Sequence record: PX880101.1
Direction: 5' to 3' (one strand)
Length of the DNA: 64,000 nt
DNA from: a phage
How positions within the stretch are numbered: the stretch's first letter is position 1; each line of letters opens with the position of its first letter. The notes below the pieces were generated by a model. The model worked only from the letters and a program-made list of their open reading frames with translations. It was not told the origin of the DNA and did no database searches. A program made the position numbers and the translations under genes. Of this stretch, positions 37,783 to 47,004 are shown one piece after another.

Positions 37783-38171
37783 TGAAAAATATTTGGGATA
37801 TCGATATCTTTGAAGCCTCTAAGCTTGATGGTGCTGATGGAGTGATTATGGTGTCTGATGGCAAGGCAACACTAACTTCCGGAGATATCATCTATGCCTT
37901 GGACGAGCTGGCGCTTCTGAAATCTACCGGTAACACTTTGGAGGAGCGTCTTCAGGGATTCGCTTTCAAAGAAGGTACAAATACAGCCATGATGTGCACC
38001 ACACGGACAGTTCAGGTTGGTAACGGTGTCTATATGATTATTGCTGTGTGTCCTAAATTCAGCAACGTCAACAAAGATGATGCTGACGCGGTCAACGATG
38101 TGGTTGTTCTCTTCGTGGGTGACGCTATGGCAGATCTGATGAATGCAGGAGAAGCAGCAAATGAAGACTGA
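37779..38171 (+). CDS. hypothetical protein
   Basis: 130-aa ORF, RBS gaggaag. Confidence 0.5.
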   Translation: MMKNIWDIDIFEASKLDGADGVIMVSDGKATLTSGDIIYALDELALLKSTGNTLEERLQGFAFKEGTNTAMMCTTRTVQVGNGVYMIIAVCPKFSNVNKDDADAVNDVVVLFVGDAMADLMNAGEAANED

Positions 38172-38463
38172 AAACATCACCCCAGCAGGGTTCTTAAAAG
38201 TATACCGTGAACTGCTATATACTACAGAGGACAGTGTTCTAGAGTATCCAGAATATCTTTTGCTGTATAAGTATCTGCAGGAGGCTGGTGAAAATCTGCC
38301 AGTTAGTGCAGAAGGTGGTCCAAACTGGATATACAGCGCATGGAGAAAGGTTGACATTCTCCCAGACCCAGGTAAAGATATGGTAGTTTGGCAGCTTATC
38401 AACAACATCGGGATTCCAATCTTTGATGAAGCTGTTAAAATCTATTTTGAACTTGACGATTAA
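38161..38463 (+). CDS. hypothetical protein
   Basis: ORF open from 38143; ATG 38161 preferred by RBS spacing. Confidence 0.45.
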   Translation: MKTENITPAGFLKVYRELLYTTEDSVLEYPEYLLLYKYLQEAGENLPVSAEGGPNWIYSAWRKVDILPDPGKDMVVWQLINNIGIPIFDEAVKIYFELDD

Positions 38464-38480
38464 TATCAGGAGACCTTAAG

Positions 38481-38726
38481 ATGACTGAAGCAGTTGCTCG
38501 CGCAGGACAGAAAGTACGTTGTGTTGAAGTGGGTTTTGGTGGCAAAGGGTGTCAAAACTTGACTCAAGGCAAGGAATATGCTGTTATCTCTGGTGGTGGC
38601 GACGAAAGTATTGTGTTCGAGGGCCACATCCTGGATGCTGAAAACTTTGAAATCTTTGACGACGATGGGGATCCGATCACCTGCCTGCTGGACGGGAATT
38701 GGGGAACTTTCGAAGTGATTGGCTAA
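38481..38726 (+). CDS. hypothetical protein
   Basis: 81-aa ORF, RBS aggaga. Confidence 0.5.
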   Translation: MTEAVARAGQKVRCVEVGFGGKGCQNLTQGKEYAVISGGGDESIVFEGHILDAENFEIFDDDGDPITCLLDGNWGTFEVIG

Positions 38727-38809
38727 CAAATACCTATTGTAATTTACAGAAGGGGATGCTAAAATAGTATCTCCTTCTATGTTGTTCAAATAAAATCGGA
38801 GATTCCATA

Positions 38810-39178
38810 ATGGAACAAATGAACGATCAAGAGTCGGTTGCGATGAACGAGCAAGAACAACCTCAAGAATTTTTCTTAGGGTTAAGTAAAGATCAAGTGT
38901 CTCTTTTGCTAGTGCTTTCTTCTTTCATGGGAAGACTTCAGGAGCTCACACAACAACCGGAGGCTGAACAATTATTTCAGGCTCTGCGTGAAGAAGAAAA
39001 ATATCGTCGTTTGGACTATGCCTTAGGTTGGGTAGCTCAACAACGAGATATGTTGATGGCCCTCTCTGGGACCACAAGTTTTGCAATGGGCCTGTTGGCT
39101 CAAGTTCAGGACAAATTAATTCAAGCAGGGTTTGCACACACGGCAAACACTAACGAAGAACAAGGAGACAAAGAATGA
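38810..39178 (+). CDS. hypothetical protein
   Basis: 122-aa ORF, RBS ggaga; preceded by a hairpin. Confidence 0.5.
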   Translation: MEQMNDQESVAMNEQEQPQEFFLGLSKDQVSLLLVLSSFMGRLQELTQQPEAEQLFQALREEEKYRRLDYALGWVAQQRDMLMALSGTTSFAMGLLAQVQDKLIQAGFAHTANTNEEQGDKE

Positions 39179-40446
39179 GCGTTATTCAACAATTCGCTAA
39201 CCCGATGAATCCGCGTGAAACTGTTTTACTGGCTCACGGCATGATTAAACGCGTCAGCATCAAGCCTATCAAAGGTGCTGATCCTACAACAGGTATTAAA
39301 ACCACTGTGTGGCAAGGTAAGAAAATTGAGTCCAGCCACACCATCTCTTTACTGATTTCTGAACTGGATTCCTCTGATAACCTACTTCAAGGTGGTGAAG
39401 AAGTTTGGATCAGTATGGGCGATAAGCTGCTTAAACCGGGTCATCAAGACTCTGTCTCTGTTAAAATTGATGACAAGTGGGAAACCGTAACGCCAGGATG
39501 GATCGTAAATATCCCTTTGAAGGCAAACGAGCATAACGGTAAGACCTACTACAAAGGCTCACTGGCTAAGATGGTTAAGCTGGGTGCAGGAGAGACTCCA
39601 GCAGCGACTCAGCAGCAAAAACCGCAACAAGGTGCACAATCACAAGGCCAGAAGCAGAAACCTCAGCAGAATGCCAATCAGGACGTTTTACGCATCTATG
39701 GTGATGTGACTCAGATTGTTGGCAACGTGGTTACTGTTAATGACCACAAGATTGGCGAAGGTGCTATGGTTGTAACTGATGAGCAGCTTAAAGACCTGGT
39801 GGTAGGTGGTCGTGTTGCAGCCATTGTTGACAAAGACACCGGAAACATTATCAGTGGTTTCAAAGCCTATCCTCCTAAGGCAGAGAACGGTACTCAAGGC
39901 TCTGGTGGCAAGCGTAAATCCTCTTACGACCCTATCGGTGTGGAAACGGGGCATAGCATCAATGCGTTGCAAATCATCCTGGATCGCGGGTTTAAGGTAG
40001 ACGACCCACTAGGAGTGGCTAAAACACTACACGTAGTCACTATTGAGCTTAAGAAAGAGTATGCTCAAGCCACCAACCGAACTGAAGATGAAGTAGGTGC
40101 CAGTGTCGGTAATGCGGTGTTGAACGCTTGTCGCCGTATTGACAAGAAAACGAAAGTTGATGATTTTGCAGCGGCAATTACTGCAGAAGCAAAAGATGTC
40201 TTGACTAATCTGGCTGAGCCGTTGTACGATTGGATCAAGAACGGTGCTGGGTCAACTGACCATCAAGAACCTCAGGCTGCCAAACAGGAAGCAGCTCCAC
40301 AGCAAAACACTGTAGACGCTCCTCCTGTAAATGATGGGGAAGATGACCCGATGGATCAGAATCCAGCACAGTATGACTTCTGTGATGACATACCTTTCGC
40401 TCCGGTAGGTCTGCAATATGGTAAAAGTAGAATCTACGCATTGTAA
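39175..40446 (+). CDS. putative ssDNA-binding/replisome accessory protein with Gln-rich linker
   Basis: 423 aa; low-complexity [26 protein letters not shown] linker; acidic …DFCDDIPF motif near the C-terminus recalls acidic-Phe tails of T7 replisome proteins; function unproven. Confidence 0.3.
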   Translation: MSVIQQFANPMNPRETVLLAHGMIKRVSIKPIKGADPTTGIKTTVWQGKKIESSHTISLLISELDSSDNLLQGGEEVWISMGDKLLKPGHQDSVSVKIDDKWETVTPGWIVNIPLKANEHNGKTYYKGSLAKMVKLGAGETPAATQQQKPQQGAQSQGQKQKPQQNANQDVLRIYGDVTQIVGNVVTVNDHKIGEGAMVVTDEQLKDLVVGGRVAAIVDKDTGNIISGFKAYPPKAENGTQGSGGKRKSSYDPIGVETGHSINALQIILDRGFKVDDPLGVAKTLHVVTIELKKEYAQATNRTEDEVGASVGNAVLNACRRIDKKTKVDDFAAAITAEAKDVLTNLAEPLYDWIKNGAGSTDHQEPQAAKQEAAPQQNTVDAPPVNDGEDDPMDQNPAQYDFCDDIPFAPVGLQYGKSRIYAL

Positions 40447-41041
40447 GAGGTGCATCAAGTGCGGAGAGGTGAAAAACCTCTCCGAGTTCTACAAACATCC
40501 AAAGATGGCTGACGGTCATCTTAATAAGTGCAAAGAGTGCTGTAAGAAGGCCAGCAGAGAGGCTGACCAGTTTTCCCACGACTCTTCAGAAAAAGGTGTA
40601 ATACGCGTGCTGTACAAGGCTCAAAAGTGCAACAGCAAGCAAAGAGGTCACCCTCCTCCGACTTACACCAAAAAAGAGTTTAAGGAGTGGCTATACCTGA
40701 ACGGTTACAAAGAGTTGTATGATCAGTGGGTAGCCAGCGGATACGACAAAAGGAAAAAGCCTTCTTGTGACAGGATAGATGATTTCAAAGGGTACTCTTT
40801 TGATAATATCCGTTTAACAACCTGGGGAGAAAATAAAGACAAGCAGACGGAGGATATTCTGTTGCATAGAAGCACCAGCGGTAGACGGTGTAAAAATGTA
40901 AGGAGGCTGGACATGAATGGCAACGTTCTTAAAGAATGGGTATCCCACAATTCTTGTAGAAGAGAAACCGGAATATGTGTTGATTACTACATTCATGAAA
41001 AAATTCCAGCTCCCGATGGATACCTCTATGAATACTTTTAG
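40418..41041 (+). CDS. HNH/zinc-finger homing-endonuclease-like protein
   Basis: N-terminal [19 protein letters not shown]…[11 protein letters not shown] zinc ribbon; later [26 protein letters not shown] resembling HNH-type nuclease motifs; overlaps the upstream gene by 29 nt. Confidence 0.45.
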   Translation: MVKVESTHCKRCIKCGEVKNLSEFYKHPKMADGHLNKCKECCKKASREADQFSHDSSEKGVIRVLYKAQKCNSKQRGHPPPTYTKKEFKEWLYLNGYKELYDQWVASGYDKRKKPSCDRIDDFKGYSFDNIRLTTWGENKDKQTEDILLHRSTSGRRCKNVRRLDMNGNVLKEWVSHNSCRRETGICVDYYIHEKIPAPDGYLYEYF

Positions 41042-41056
41042 CACCTAACTGACATA

Positions 41057-41085
41057 GCCCTGCCCGAAAGGGTGGGGCATTTTTG
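41057..41085 (+). terminator. intrinsic terminator (repeated element, copy 2)
   Basis: Identical gccctgcccgaaagggtggggc hairpin plus T5, directly after the HNH gene. Confidence 0.6.
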
Positions 41086-41103
41086 TATAAGGAGATCTGA
41101 AAA

Positions 41104-41520
41104 ATGACATTAGAAGATATCATTGTTAAACCTGAGAACTATGACCAATACAACCTGTCAACTCAATCTGTAGACCTTGGATGCGCCACGGTCAGTGCGT
41201 GGATGGTTAACGGAAAAGAGCTGGATAAATGCTTAGAAGCTCACATGTCTATTAACAAGTTTCTGGATGAAAATACTCACTGGCTTGAGGGTGCAGGTGT
41301 ATATGCTTCATGGTTGGAGAGTATGGGATTCGACTACCAATCTGAAGAGGGGTGGTGGAGCTATTTAGCTATCTGCCCAGAGACGCTGCAATGCTTCATG
41401 AAATATTCTGAAGATTTGGAGTACCGGGCGGTGGTTGATAGTGCTATTGCCCGTTATAGCCGTAAACCTTTTTCCCACGACATTAAAACTGTGGAAGAAT
41501 TTGTTGAAGTTTTCTGTTGA
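41104..41520 (+). CDS. hypothetical protein
   Basis: 138-aa ORF, RBS aaggaga. Confidence 0.5.
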   Translation: MTLEDIIVKPENYDQYNLSTQSVDLGCATVSAWMVNGKELDKCLEAHMSINKFLDENTHWLEGAGVYASWLESMGFDYQSEEGWWSYLAICPETLQCFMKYSEDLEYRAVVDSAIARYSRKPFSHDIKTVEEFVEVFC

Positions 41521-41616
41521 CACAAGTTGAAAGGTGTGCAATTATAACTTCATAGAACGGGAGGACGTGATGAACGAAGAAAACTGGGATGTATAACTAA
41601 CAGGAGGCCACTGCCC

Positions 41617-41814
41617 ATGATTTATCGAATCCGTGTAAGAGAAGATGCACCAGGCTGTTACTTTGACTGGCGTGGGTGGTGGTTTCTCCACCCAATGGAT
41701 GGACTCACAGATAGAATGCTGGAGGCTGCCCTTTATACAGATACCGACATAGAATATAATCTTTATCTGAAGGACGGTATAGATAACGGCCTGTTTGAAG
41801 CAATTCCTGTGTAA
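41617..41814 (+). CDS. hypothetical protein
   Basis: 65-aa ORF, RBS aggagg. Confidence 0.45.
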   Translation: MIYRIRVREDAPGCYFDWRGWWFLHPMDGLTDRMLEAALYTDTDIEYNLYLKDGIDNGLFEAIPV

Positions 41815-41882
41815 GAGACTATGATAGCCATGTTTTATGATCTTCCTGTAGCACCACCACCTGTTGAACCCGGAGAACTAAG

Positions 41883-42308
41883 ATGATCTATGAAATGCCA
41901 AAACTGATTCGCGACGATGCCCAAAACGCCCACACCTTTATCATGGGCAAGCGCATGGATATTATTTGTCATAAAGACTTCTGGGAAGGGAGTTACTTCA
42001 CAGAGTATTTTGGTAAACTGGACAATGGTCTGCTGATCCAGTTCTACACCGATGCGGAAAACAACATTCACTGGGAGTTCGAAACTGAAGATATCCATAA
42101 ACTTTTCACCTTCCTCGGTATTAAGGTTGAGGCCAAGTTTGAAGAAGGTGAGTGCGACGATTGTGGATTCTATGAGGTAACAGATTTCTACCTTCCAAGT
42201 GGTAAAAATCTCTACTACGAAAGCCACTTCGGCAACTCAAATATGCCACAGTGTTGGGATGAGTTTTTGGAAATTGCAGAAGAGGAGCTGGAATACCGTG
42301 ATTATTGA
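41883..42308 (+). CDS. hypothetical protein
   Basis: 141-aa ORF, RBS ggaga. Confidence 0.5.
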   Translation: MIYEMPKLIRDDAQNAHTFIMGKRMDIICHKDFWEGSYFTEYFGKLDNGLLIQFYTDAENNIHWEFETEDIHKLFTFLGIKVEAKFEEGECDDCGFYEVTDFYLPSGKNLYYESHFGNSNMPQCWDEFLEIAEEELEYRDY

Positions 42309-42756
42309 TACTGTAGAGGGAGATCTAATCTCCCTTTTCAAGAAAGGGGCAGGACACATGATCCACGGTTGCAACTGCTTTCACACAATGGGTGCAGGCA
42401 TAGCGAAAGATATTGCCCGTGAGTTCCCTCAAGCATTGGCAGCAGACAAAGAGACTGCTTATGGTAATCTAGACAAGCTGGGTATGTTTTCTTGTTGGGA
42501 GCATTTTGCCAAGAACAAGGTTGTATATGGAATCAACCTATATACTCAGTTCTACCCAGGACCTAATGCTGAATACTTCTCAATCATGAAAGGCTTTGAG
42601 CGAGTCAACGAGGTATTCAAAGGTATGTCATTACCGTTCTACATTCCTAAAATCGGATGCGGTATTGGTGGTCTAAAGTGGGAACACGTGGAAGACGTCA
42701 TTAATCTTGCCACCACCGACATCGATGTGATCGTGGTGGAGTACAAAAAGTGTTGA
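42296..42756 (+). CDS. macro-domain protein (ADP-ribose binding/processing)
   Basis: GTG start overlapping the upstream stop; VIIDTVEGDL…MIHGCNCFHTMGAGIAKDIAREFP and later IPKIGCGIGGL match the macro-domain glycine-rich loops; ORF open from 42199 upstream. Confidence 0.5.
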
Positions 42757-42810
42757 CGACCATCTTCTGAGGTGATATAGTTTCCACAACAACTAAGAGA
42801 GGAGAGCACT

Positions 42811-42981
42811 GTGGAGACTAAAATCTTAATTCTTGCTGTGGTAGATACAACCGAAGGAGCTATATTCGAATCTGCAGGAGGGTATTTCTACCTACCATAC
42901 GGAAAAAGAACTTCCGAGCCAAGTAAAGATTCAATCCTCAAAGTGTTCCCGTGTGCTTTCTGGCTGGAGATTTTGGTATAA
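42811..42981 (+). CDS. small hypothetical protein (56 aa)
   Basis: Not in ORF track; GTG start after RBS agaggagag. Confidence 0.25.
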   Translation: METKILILAVVDTTEGAIFESAGGYFYLPYGKRTSEPSKDSILKVFPCAFWLEILV

Positions 42982-43007
42982 GATTGCAGAGGATTTTGGA
43001 GAGAATT

Positions 43008-43202
43008 ATGAGAAACAAGAAAGAGCTTTACTCTGGCGAGTGGATTAACGATCAACAGATCGGAGAGGTAACCTGCTTCCGATGTTTTACCAGGTACAAT
43101 ATTAAAACTGCACCAAAAAGTGTTCCAAAGACTGACGGTTATTACATAAAAGAACCTCATTGCCCAAAATGTAAATGCCGATTGTACTGGAGCAATCTGT
43201 AA
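43008..43202 (+). CDS. small zinc-ribbon protein
   Basis: ATG 43008 after RBS ggagaga; CFRCF…CPKCKC cysteine pairs. Confidence 0.45.
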   Translation: MRNKKELYSGEWINDQQIGEVTCFRCFTRYNIKTAPKSVPKTDGYYIKEPHCPKCKCRLYWSNL

Positions 43203-43265
43203 GAGGTTGACATCTGAAAACTGCAGTGTATAATATACGCATAAACTAACAGAGAGTGATGTATT

Positions 43266-43457
43266 ATGGTAATTTTTAACCGGGATGGTATCATAGTTAG
43301 ACAGCACCCGTTCCTTGAATACTATCAAATTGAGCAATGGTGCTACGGGGATTGCAGTCACTCCTATGGGCAAAGTTGGGGATATCGCACAGTTTTTGAA
43401 TCAACAGACCTTGACAAAGTAAGACAGAAAGTTTTAGAACTTATTAACAACAAGTGA
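43266..43457 (+). CDS. hypothetical protein
   Basis: 63-aa ORF. Confidence 0.4.
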   Translation: MVIFNRDGIIVRQHPFLEYYQIEQWCYGDCSHSYGQSWGYRTVFESTDLDKVRQKVLELINNK

Positions 43458-43466
43458 GTATGATAT

Positions 43467-43799
43467 ATGGTAACATTAGAAAGACGTAAAGCTATCGCCG
43501 CCACACTGGCAGACATCTTTTGGGATTGCAACTTAAAAGATACCAGAAATTGTGGCGCATCTGTAGATGTATTATTCCCACGGCCCACCATTGTTGCAAT
43601 GGGAAACCTGTTAAACGTAGTGTACGGAGCATGGGACAAAGAAGGTGGATTCTATATCTGGCAACCTGACTACAGAGCCTGGAAAGAGGTAAGGGGTGCG
43701 GTTGACTTTGGGCCTGCAAGTGCTAAGATGGATGGCTGGGAAATTTATGTTGGAAACGACATGAAGCTGAAAGGCGAGATTGTTTACTGGTTACCTTAA
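43467..43799 (+). CDS. hypothetical protein
   Basis: 110-aa ORF. Confidence 0.45.
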   Translation: MVTLERRKAIAATLADIFWDCNLKDTRNCGASVDVLFPRPTIVAMGNLLNVVYGAWDKEGGFYIWQPDYRAWKEVRGAVDFGPASAKMDGWEIYVGNDMKLKGEIVYWLP

Positions 43800-43819
43800 G
43801 AAAGTGCAGGAGATAAAGT

Positions 43820-44065
43820 ATGAACAAAGGGTGGACATTTGTAGACGGAGTTAAAAACATGCCTCTAGGAAAGTATATCGTAGCCATGGCTGATGAGGAT
43901 GGCAATGTAGATTTCGGAGCTTGCGAGGTTGTTCTTGCAGGATCTGGTAACTATGTGAGTAAAACCGGGATAATTAACGGTCAGTTCTACTTTGATCACA
44001 ACCCTGTTGTAGCGTATATGGCTATGCCAGAGTTCAAGTTCCCAAAGGAGGGTGCAGATGTTTAA
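43820..44065 (+). CDS. hypothetical protein
   Basis: 81-aa ORF, RBS aggaga. Confidence 0.5.
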   Translation: MNKGWTFVDGVKNMPLGKYIVAMADEDGNVDFGACEVVLAGSGNYVSKTGIINGQFYFDHNPVVAYMAMPEFKFPKEGADV

Positions 44066-44255
44066 GCTTAAATCTGCATGGAACATCGCTGTGGGGGACG
44101 AGATCCGTATCCCAGGTGGAAAGACCATTATGAAGATATCTCGTATTGAGTACGAAGGTGACCGTGTATTCCACATCTTCGCAGAAGATGGTCGAGAAAT
44201 TTATATACAGGCAGGTTCTCACATTTATATCCGTAAGAAAGGGGACGACAAATGA
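44052..44255 (+). CDS. hypothetical protein
   Basis: 67-aa ORF, RBS aaggagg. Confidence 0.45.
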   Translation: MQMFKLKSAWNIAVGDEIRIPGGKTIMKISRIEYEGDRVFHIFAEDGREIYIQAGSHIYIRKKGDDK

Positions 44256-44581
44256 CAGAGATCATCATTTCAACTGCAGGGTATGTGTTCCTGACAATCA
44301 TTGCACTGACTATTTTGGTGACAGTGTATGGGTTTGTTATCCTTCCTATCCTTGAGACATTTAGTTTGTGTCGGTGTTGGAGAAAAGCTTACGGTCCACA
44401 ACCATGGAAGGACTGGCCCCACCTGGTGCGCTTAGCGTTCTCTTATGCTTACGATCACTCCAGTAGTGCATGCATAACCGGATACCACGCCCACAACTGG
44501 AGCTGGGAAGGATTGAGGAAATGGAATGTTACAAAGACCATACCTCTACGCATGTACAAACCTAAAAACAAAGACAGCTGA
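44252..44581 (+). CDS. membrane protein
   Basis: 109 aa; N-terminal TM segment IIISTAGYVFLTIIALTILVTVYGFVILPIL; last gene of the replication block. Confidence 0.5.
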   Translation: MTEIIISTAGYVFLTIIALTILVTVYGFVILPILETFSLCRCWRKAYGPQPWKDWPHLVRLAFSYAYDHSSSACITGYHAHNWSWEGLRKWNVTKTIPLRMYKPKNKDS

Positions 44582-44892
44582 TACTTGAAAATTCCTGGCA
44601 TATCAAGTGTAAGGGGGATTTCTAAAATGGATTTCCTCCTTTTGATATTTCACCGGGCTGGATATTTTAAAATTCTTAGAAAATCAGAAAATGGATCGAA
44701 AACTAAAATGGATTTTTCAGAGTAGGCGCGACAAGCTGAATAACTCATCCTATCGTTTGCACCATATTCCAGGCCACCATTATAGATTTCCCACACATGC
44801 TAACCTCCCTCTACTAGAACTTCCTCCACTTGCCCTTAACCTTCTATGGTAACAATCTAACCACTATCTTGAAGTTGCGGTGCAGCTTTCCA

Positions 44893-45025
44893 AGTACTCG
44901 ATCTACTTTTCATTTCATGGCTTGGATTTTCTGAAAATTTTTCTCGATAAATTTCTCAGTACTCGATCTGTTTTTCGTTTTCTGAATCGGATTTTCTGGA
45001 AATCGTTCCGGATCTCGACCTGAAA
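44893..45025. repeat. imperfect tandem direct repeat, two 65-bp units
   Basis: agtactcgatct…ggattttctg…ttctc occurs at 44893 and 44958 in the same order and spacing. Confidence 0.6.
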
Positions 45026-45130
45026 TTTTTGGGGACGAAATCGATTTTTCGTTTTCAGAAATGGATTTTTAAAATTTCTATATGGGAATATTTTATGGGA
45101 TACTGTTTTATAGGAAATTGTTACGGAGGG

Positions 45131-45148
45131 TAATTAGCATGCTAATTA
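45131..45148. repeat. 18-bp perfect palindrome taattagcatgctaatta
   Basis: Exact inverted symmetry seen directly; possible protein-binding site. Confidence 0.6.
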
Positions 45149-45216
45149 AATTTATTAAATGCGAGGAGTTCTCATTTAGAATTTTGAATGATAATCATTC
45201 TCGTTTGCAGAATAAC

Positions 45217-45258
45217 GGGCAGGCCCGGTGATTGTCTCCCGGCCCCTGTTGCCCCGGC
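45217..45258 (+). repeat. GC-rich repeated element, copy 1
   Basis: gggcaggcccggtgattgtctcccggcccctgttgcc; GC-rich island in AT-rich DNA; near-identical inverted copy at 54969-55013. Confidence 0.55.
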
Positions 45259-45356
45259 TTGTTATTATAGTATCACACAGGACAAAGAAAGCAAGGATTT
45301 TTTGCATAAATTTTTAAATGATAATGATAACCGTTCTCATTTTATGCAGCGCCCAT

Positions 45357-45396
45357 CCCCGGTGGTTGTCTCCCCCGTCACCGGTGCCTGCCGTCC
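45357..45396 (+). repeat. GC-rich repeated element, copy 2 (diverged)
   Basis: ccccggtggttgtctcccccgtcaccggtgcctgccgtcc shares the ggtgRttgtctccc core; the preceding aatgataat…tgcag is also duplicated at 45183 and 45315. Confidence 0.45.
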
Positions 45397-45598
45397 TTTC
45401 GATAGGTATATTTTGCCACCTGGCGGGGCCGCTGTCAACACTTTTCAAAAAAAAATTTCTAACCTGATGCGCTGACCGCTGCAACCTGGCGGGGCCAGCC
45501 TGGCAGGGCCTAACTGACCAGGTAGGAGATAATGAAGGCTTGCAAACCTGGTGGGCCTATGCTATAGGATAGGTAACAATTGAAGAGGAGGTACAAAA

Positions 45599-45775
45599 AT
45601 GGAAGGTAATATGATCCCCCTGGAAAATGTAGCTATTAATGACACTGAGGCTATCGCCCTGGTTGAAAAGGCTATGGCGGGAGCGTTGGAACATAAAGAA
45701 GAGTACGAAAAAATGATGGTTAACCTGGCAGGGGCGGCGGCTGGAGAATTCTACCCAAAAAATAATTTTAACTAA
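45599..45775 (+). CDS. small hypothetical protein (58 aa), first gene of the early array
   Basis: Not in ORF track; ATG follows strong RBS gaagaggagg at 7-nt spacing. Confidence 0.45.
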   Translation: MEGNMIPLENVAINDTEAIALVEKAMAGALEHKEEYEKMMVNLAGAAAGEFYPKNNFN

Positions 45776-45778
45776 TGG

Positions 45779-45807
45779 TTGACAGCTCGGACAGTTCTTG
45801 TTATTCT
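45779..45807 (+). promoter_or_regulatory. sigma70-like early promoter
   Basis: TTGACA-17 nt-TATTCT. Confidence 0.45.
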
Positions 45808-45860
45808 TATCCTCGCAAGGTGAACAACACCACACCAATTAACAGAGAGGATAAAAAATC

Positions 45861-46058
45861 ATGAACGCCTACGGAATTAAAGTACGTCGCAACACTCGCC
45901 AGGTGGTCACCAATCAAGTGATTTGCCGGGTGGATGTAACCATCAACAACGGGCAAGGCCTTTATAAATTTCGTCGCGGTCATAGCTATACCCTGCAGCA
46001 GCTTAACCGTTGCGCCCTGACAAAAGGTCAGATCAACCACTGGTTTAATAAAAAATAA
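45861..46058 (+). CDS. small basic hypothetical protein
   Basis: 65-aa ORF, RBS agagagga. Confidence 0.5.
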   Translation: MNAYGIKVRRNTRQVVTNQVICRVDVTINNGQGLYKFRRGHSYTLQQLNRCALTKGQINHWFNKK

Positions 46059-46061
46059 ATA

Positions 46062-46090
46062 TTGACACGTAGTCTGACACAAAATATACT
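46062..46090 (+). promoter_or_regulatory. sigma70-like early promoter
   Basis: TTGACA-17 nt-TATACT. Confidence 0.55.
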
Positions 46091-46122
46091 TAAATCACAA
46101 AAGACACTAAGAGGATAAAATC

Positions 46123-46521
46123 ATGAAAACTACAACCTTTAATTTTGACAATGCCGACTTCTCTTTTTCTGATGTTAAGAATTGCCGCCGTGATCGTGGA
46201 TTTTACAAGGCTTATAATCTGGTTGGCCTAGACGATGATAATAATTTGCACGAAGTAGCGGAGATCCGGTACTATGCCGCCGCCAGCGGTAACACTAACT
46301 ACTGCGTTTTTTGGATACACGACAACAAGAATAATAAGTACGGTTATACTGGTGGCAAGGCGAGCGGTCACGGTTATGATAAGGCCAATGCAGCACTTGA
46401 GAGCGCGTTAAATGCTATGGGGATCACTGCCAACGGCTGGATCTATGAAGATGAGTTTTTGTCAGCACTTGCTGCCCACCTGGGGTATAAAAAGCACATT
46501 GTGACATGCGCCCACGAATAA
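46123..46521 (+). CDS. hypothetical protein
   Basis: 132-aa ORF, RBS aagagga. Confidence 0.55.
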   Translation: MKTTTFNFDNADFSFSDVKNCRRDRGFYKAYNLVGLDDDNNLHEVAEIRYYAAASGNTNYCVFWIHDNKNNKYGYTGGKASGHGYDKANAALESALNAMGITANGWIYEDEFLSALAAHLGYKKHIVTCAHE

Positions 46522-46531
46522 AAAAAAATTA

Positions 46532-46560
46532 TTGACACGCTGCAAAATTAAAGTAAACTA
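46532..46560 (+). promoter_or_regulatory. sigma70-like early promoter
   Basis: TTGACA-17 nt-TAAACT, followed by leader hairpin ggcggg-aatgttt-cccgcc. Confidence 0.5.
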
Positions 46561-46608
46561 GACACAAAAGGCGGGAATGTTTCCCGCCAACACAAAGGAA
46601 AAAAGATC

Positions 46609-47004
46609 ATGAATAAGAACGTACGCCGCATCATGAACGAACTGGCAAACGATGAAAAAATTATTGATATGCATTTGGTAAACATTTGCCGCCGTTGTGT
46701 AACATATAACAACCGCGCCGCAAAAGCGCGTGAGATGAACGCAAAAGGCACCTTAAAGCCCTTTCAGGTGGTTGTAAAATCTATAACCAGTGCAGCAGAC
46801 CAGGCGCATGACCACAACAACGGGAGCACTAATATTGATCCGTCTTACGTAATGAAACGGATCCGGACTTGCAAGAATAAAGAGCAGGTGTATAACGTCA
46901 TAGATTGGTTGGACTCCCTGGGCGATGTGGTTTATAATAGGTTTTCTGCAGCTATCGAGATCCAGCTTGACAGACTGGACGGGAAAGTACTGAAAACTTA
47001 CTAA
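46609..47004 (+). CDS. hypothetical protein
   Basis: 131-aa ORF, RBS aaggaaaa. Confidence 0.55.
   Translation: MNKNVRRIMNELANDEKIIDMHLVNICRRCVTYNNRAAKAREMNAKGTLKPFQVVVKSITSAADQAHDHNNGSTNIDPSYVMKRIRTCKNKEQVYNVIDWLDSLGDVVYNRFSAAIEIQLDRLDGKVLKTY

Larger units (their letters stand above)
44582..45598. other. ORF-free repeat-rich region; candidate replication origin/regulatory hub
   Basis: 1 kb with no credible ORF: AAATGGAT iterons (44625, 44688, 44706, 45059), 65-bp tandem repeat, 18-bp perfect palindrome, GC-rich repeated elements, CCTGGCGGGGCC motifs. Confidence 0.4.

Noticed and set aside
44893-45025. CRISPR-like array
   Set aside because: Only two imperfect 65-bp units with no unique spacers and no short palindromic repeat structure; treated as an origin-type tandem repeat.
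45188-45475. 95-aa plus-strand ORF
   Set aside because: Spans the duplicated GC-rich repeat units in the origin-like region; no RBS; sequence is low-complexity Pro/Gly-rich, consistent with translating a repeat.
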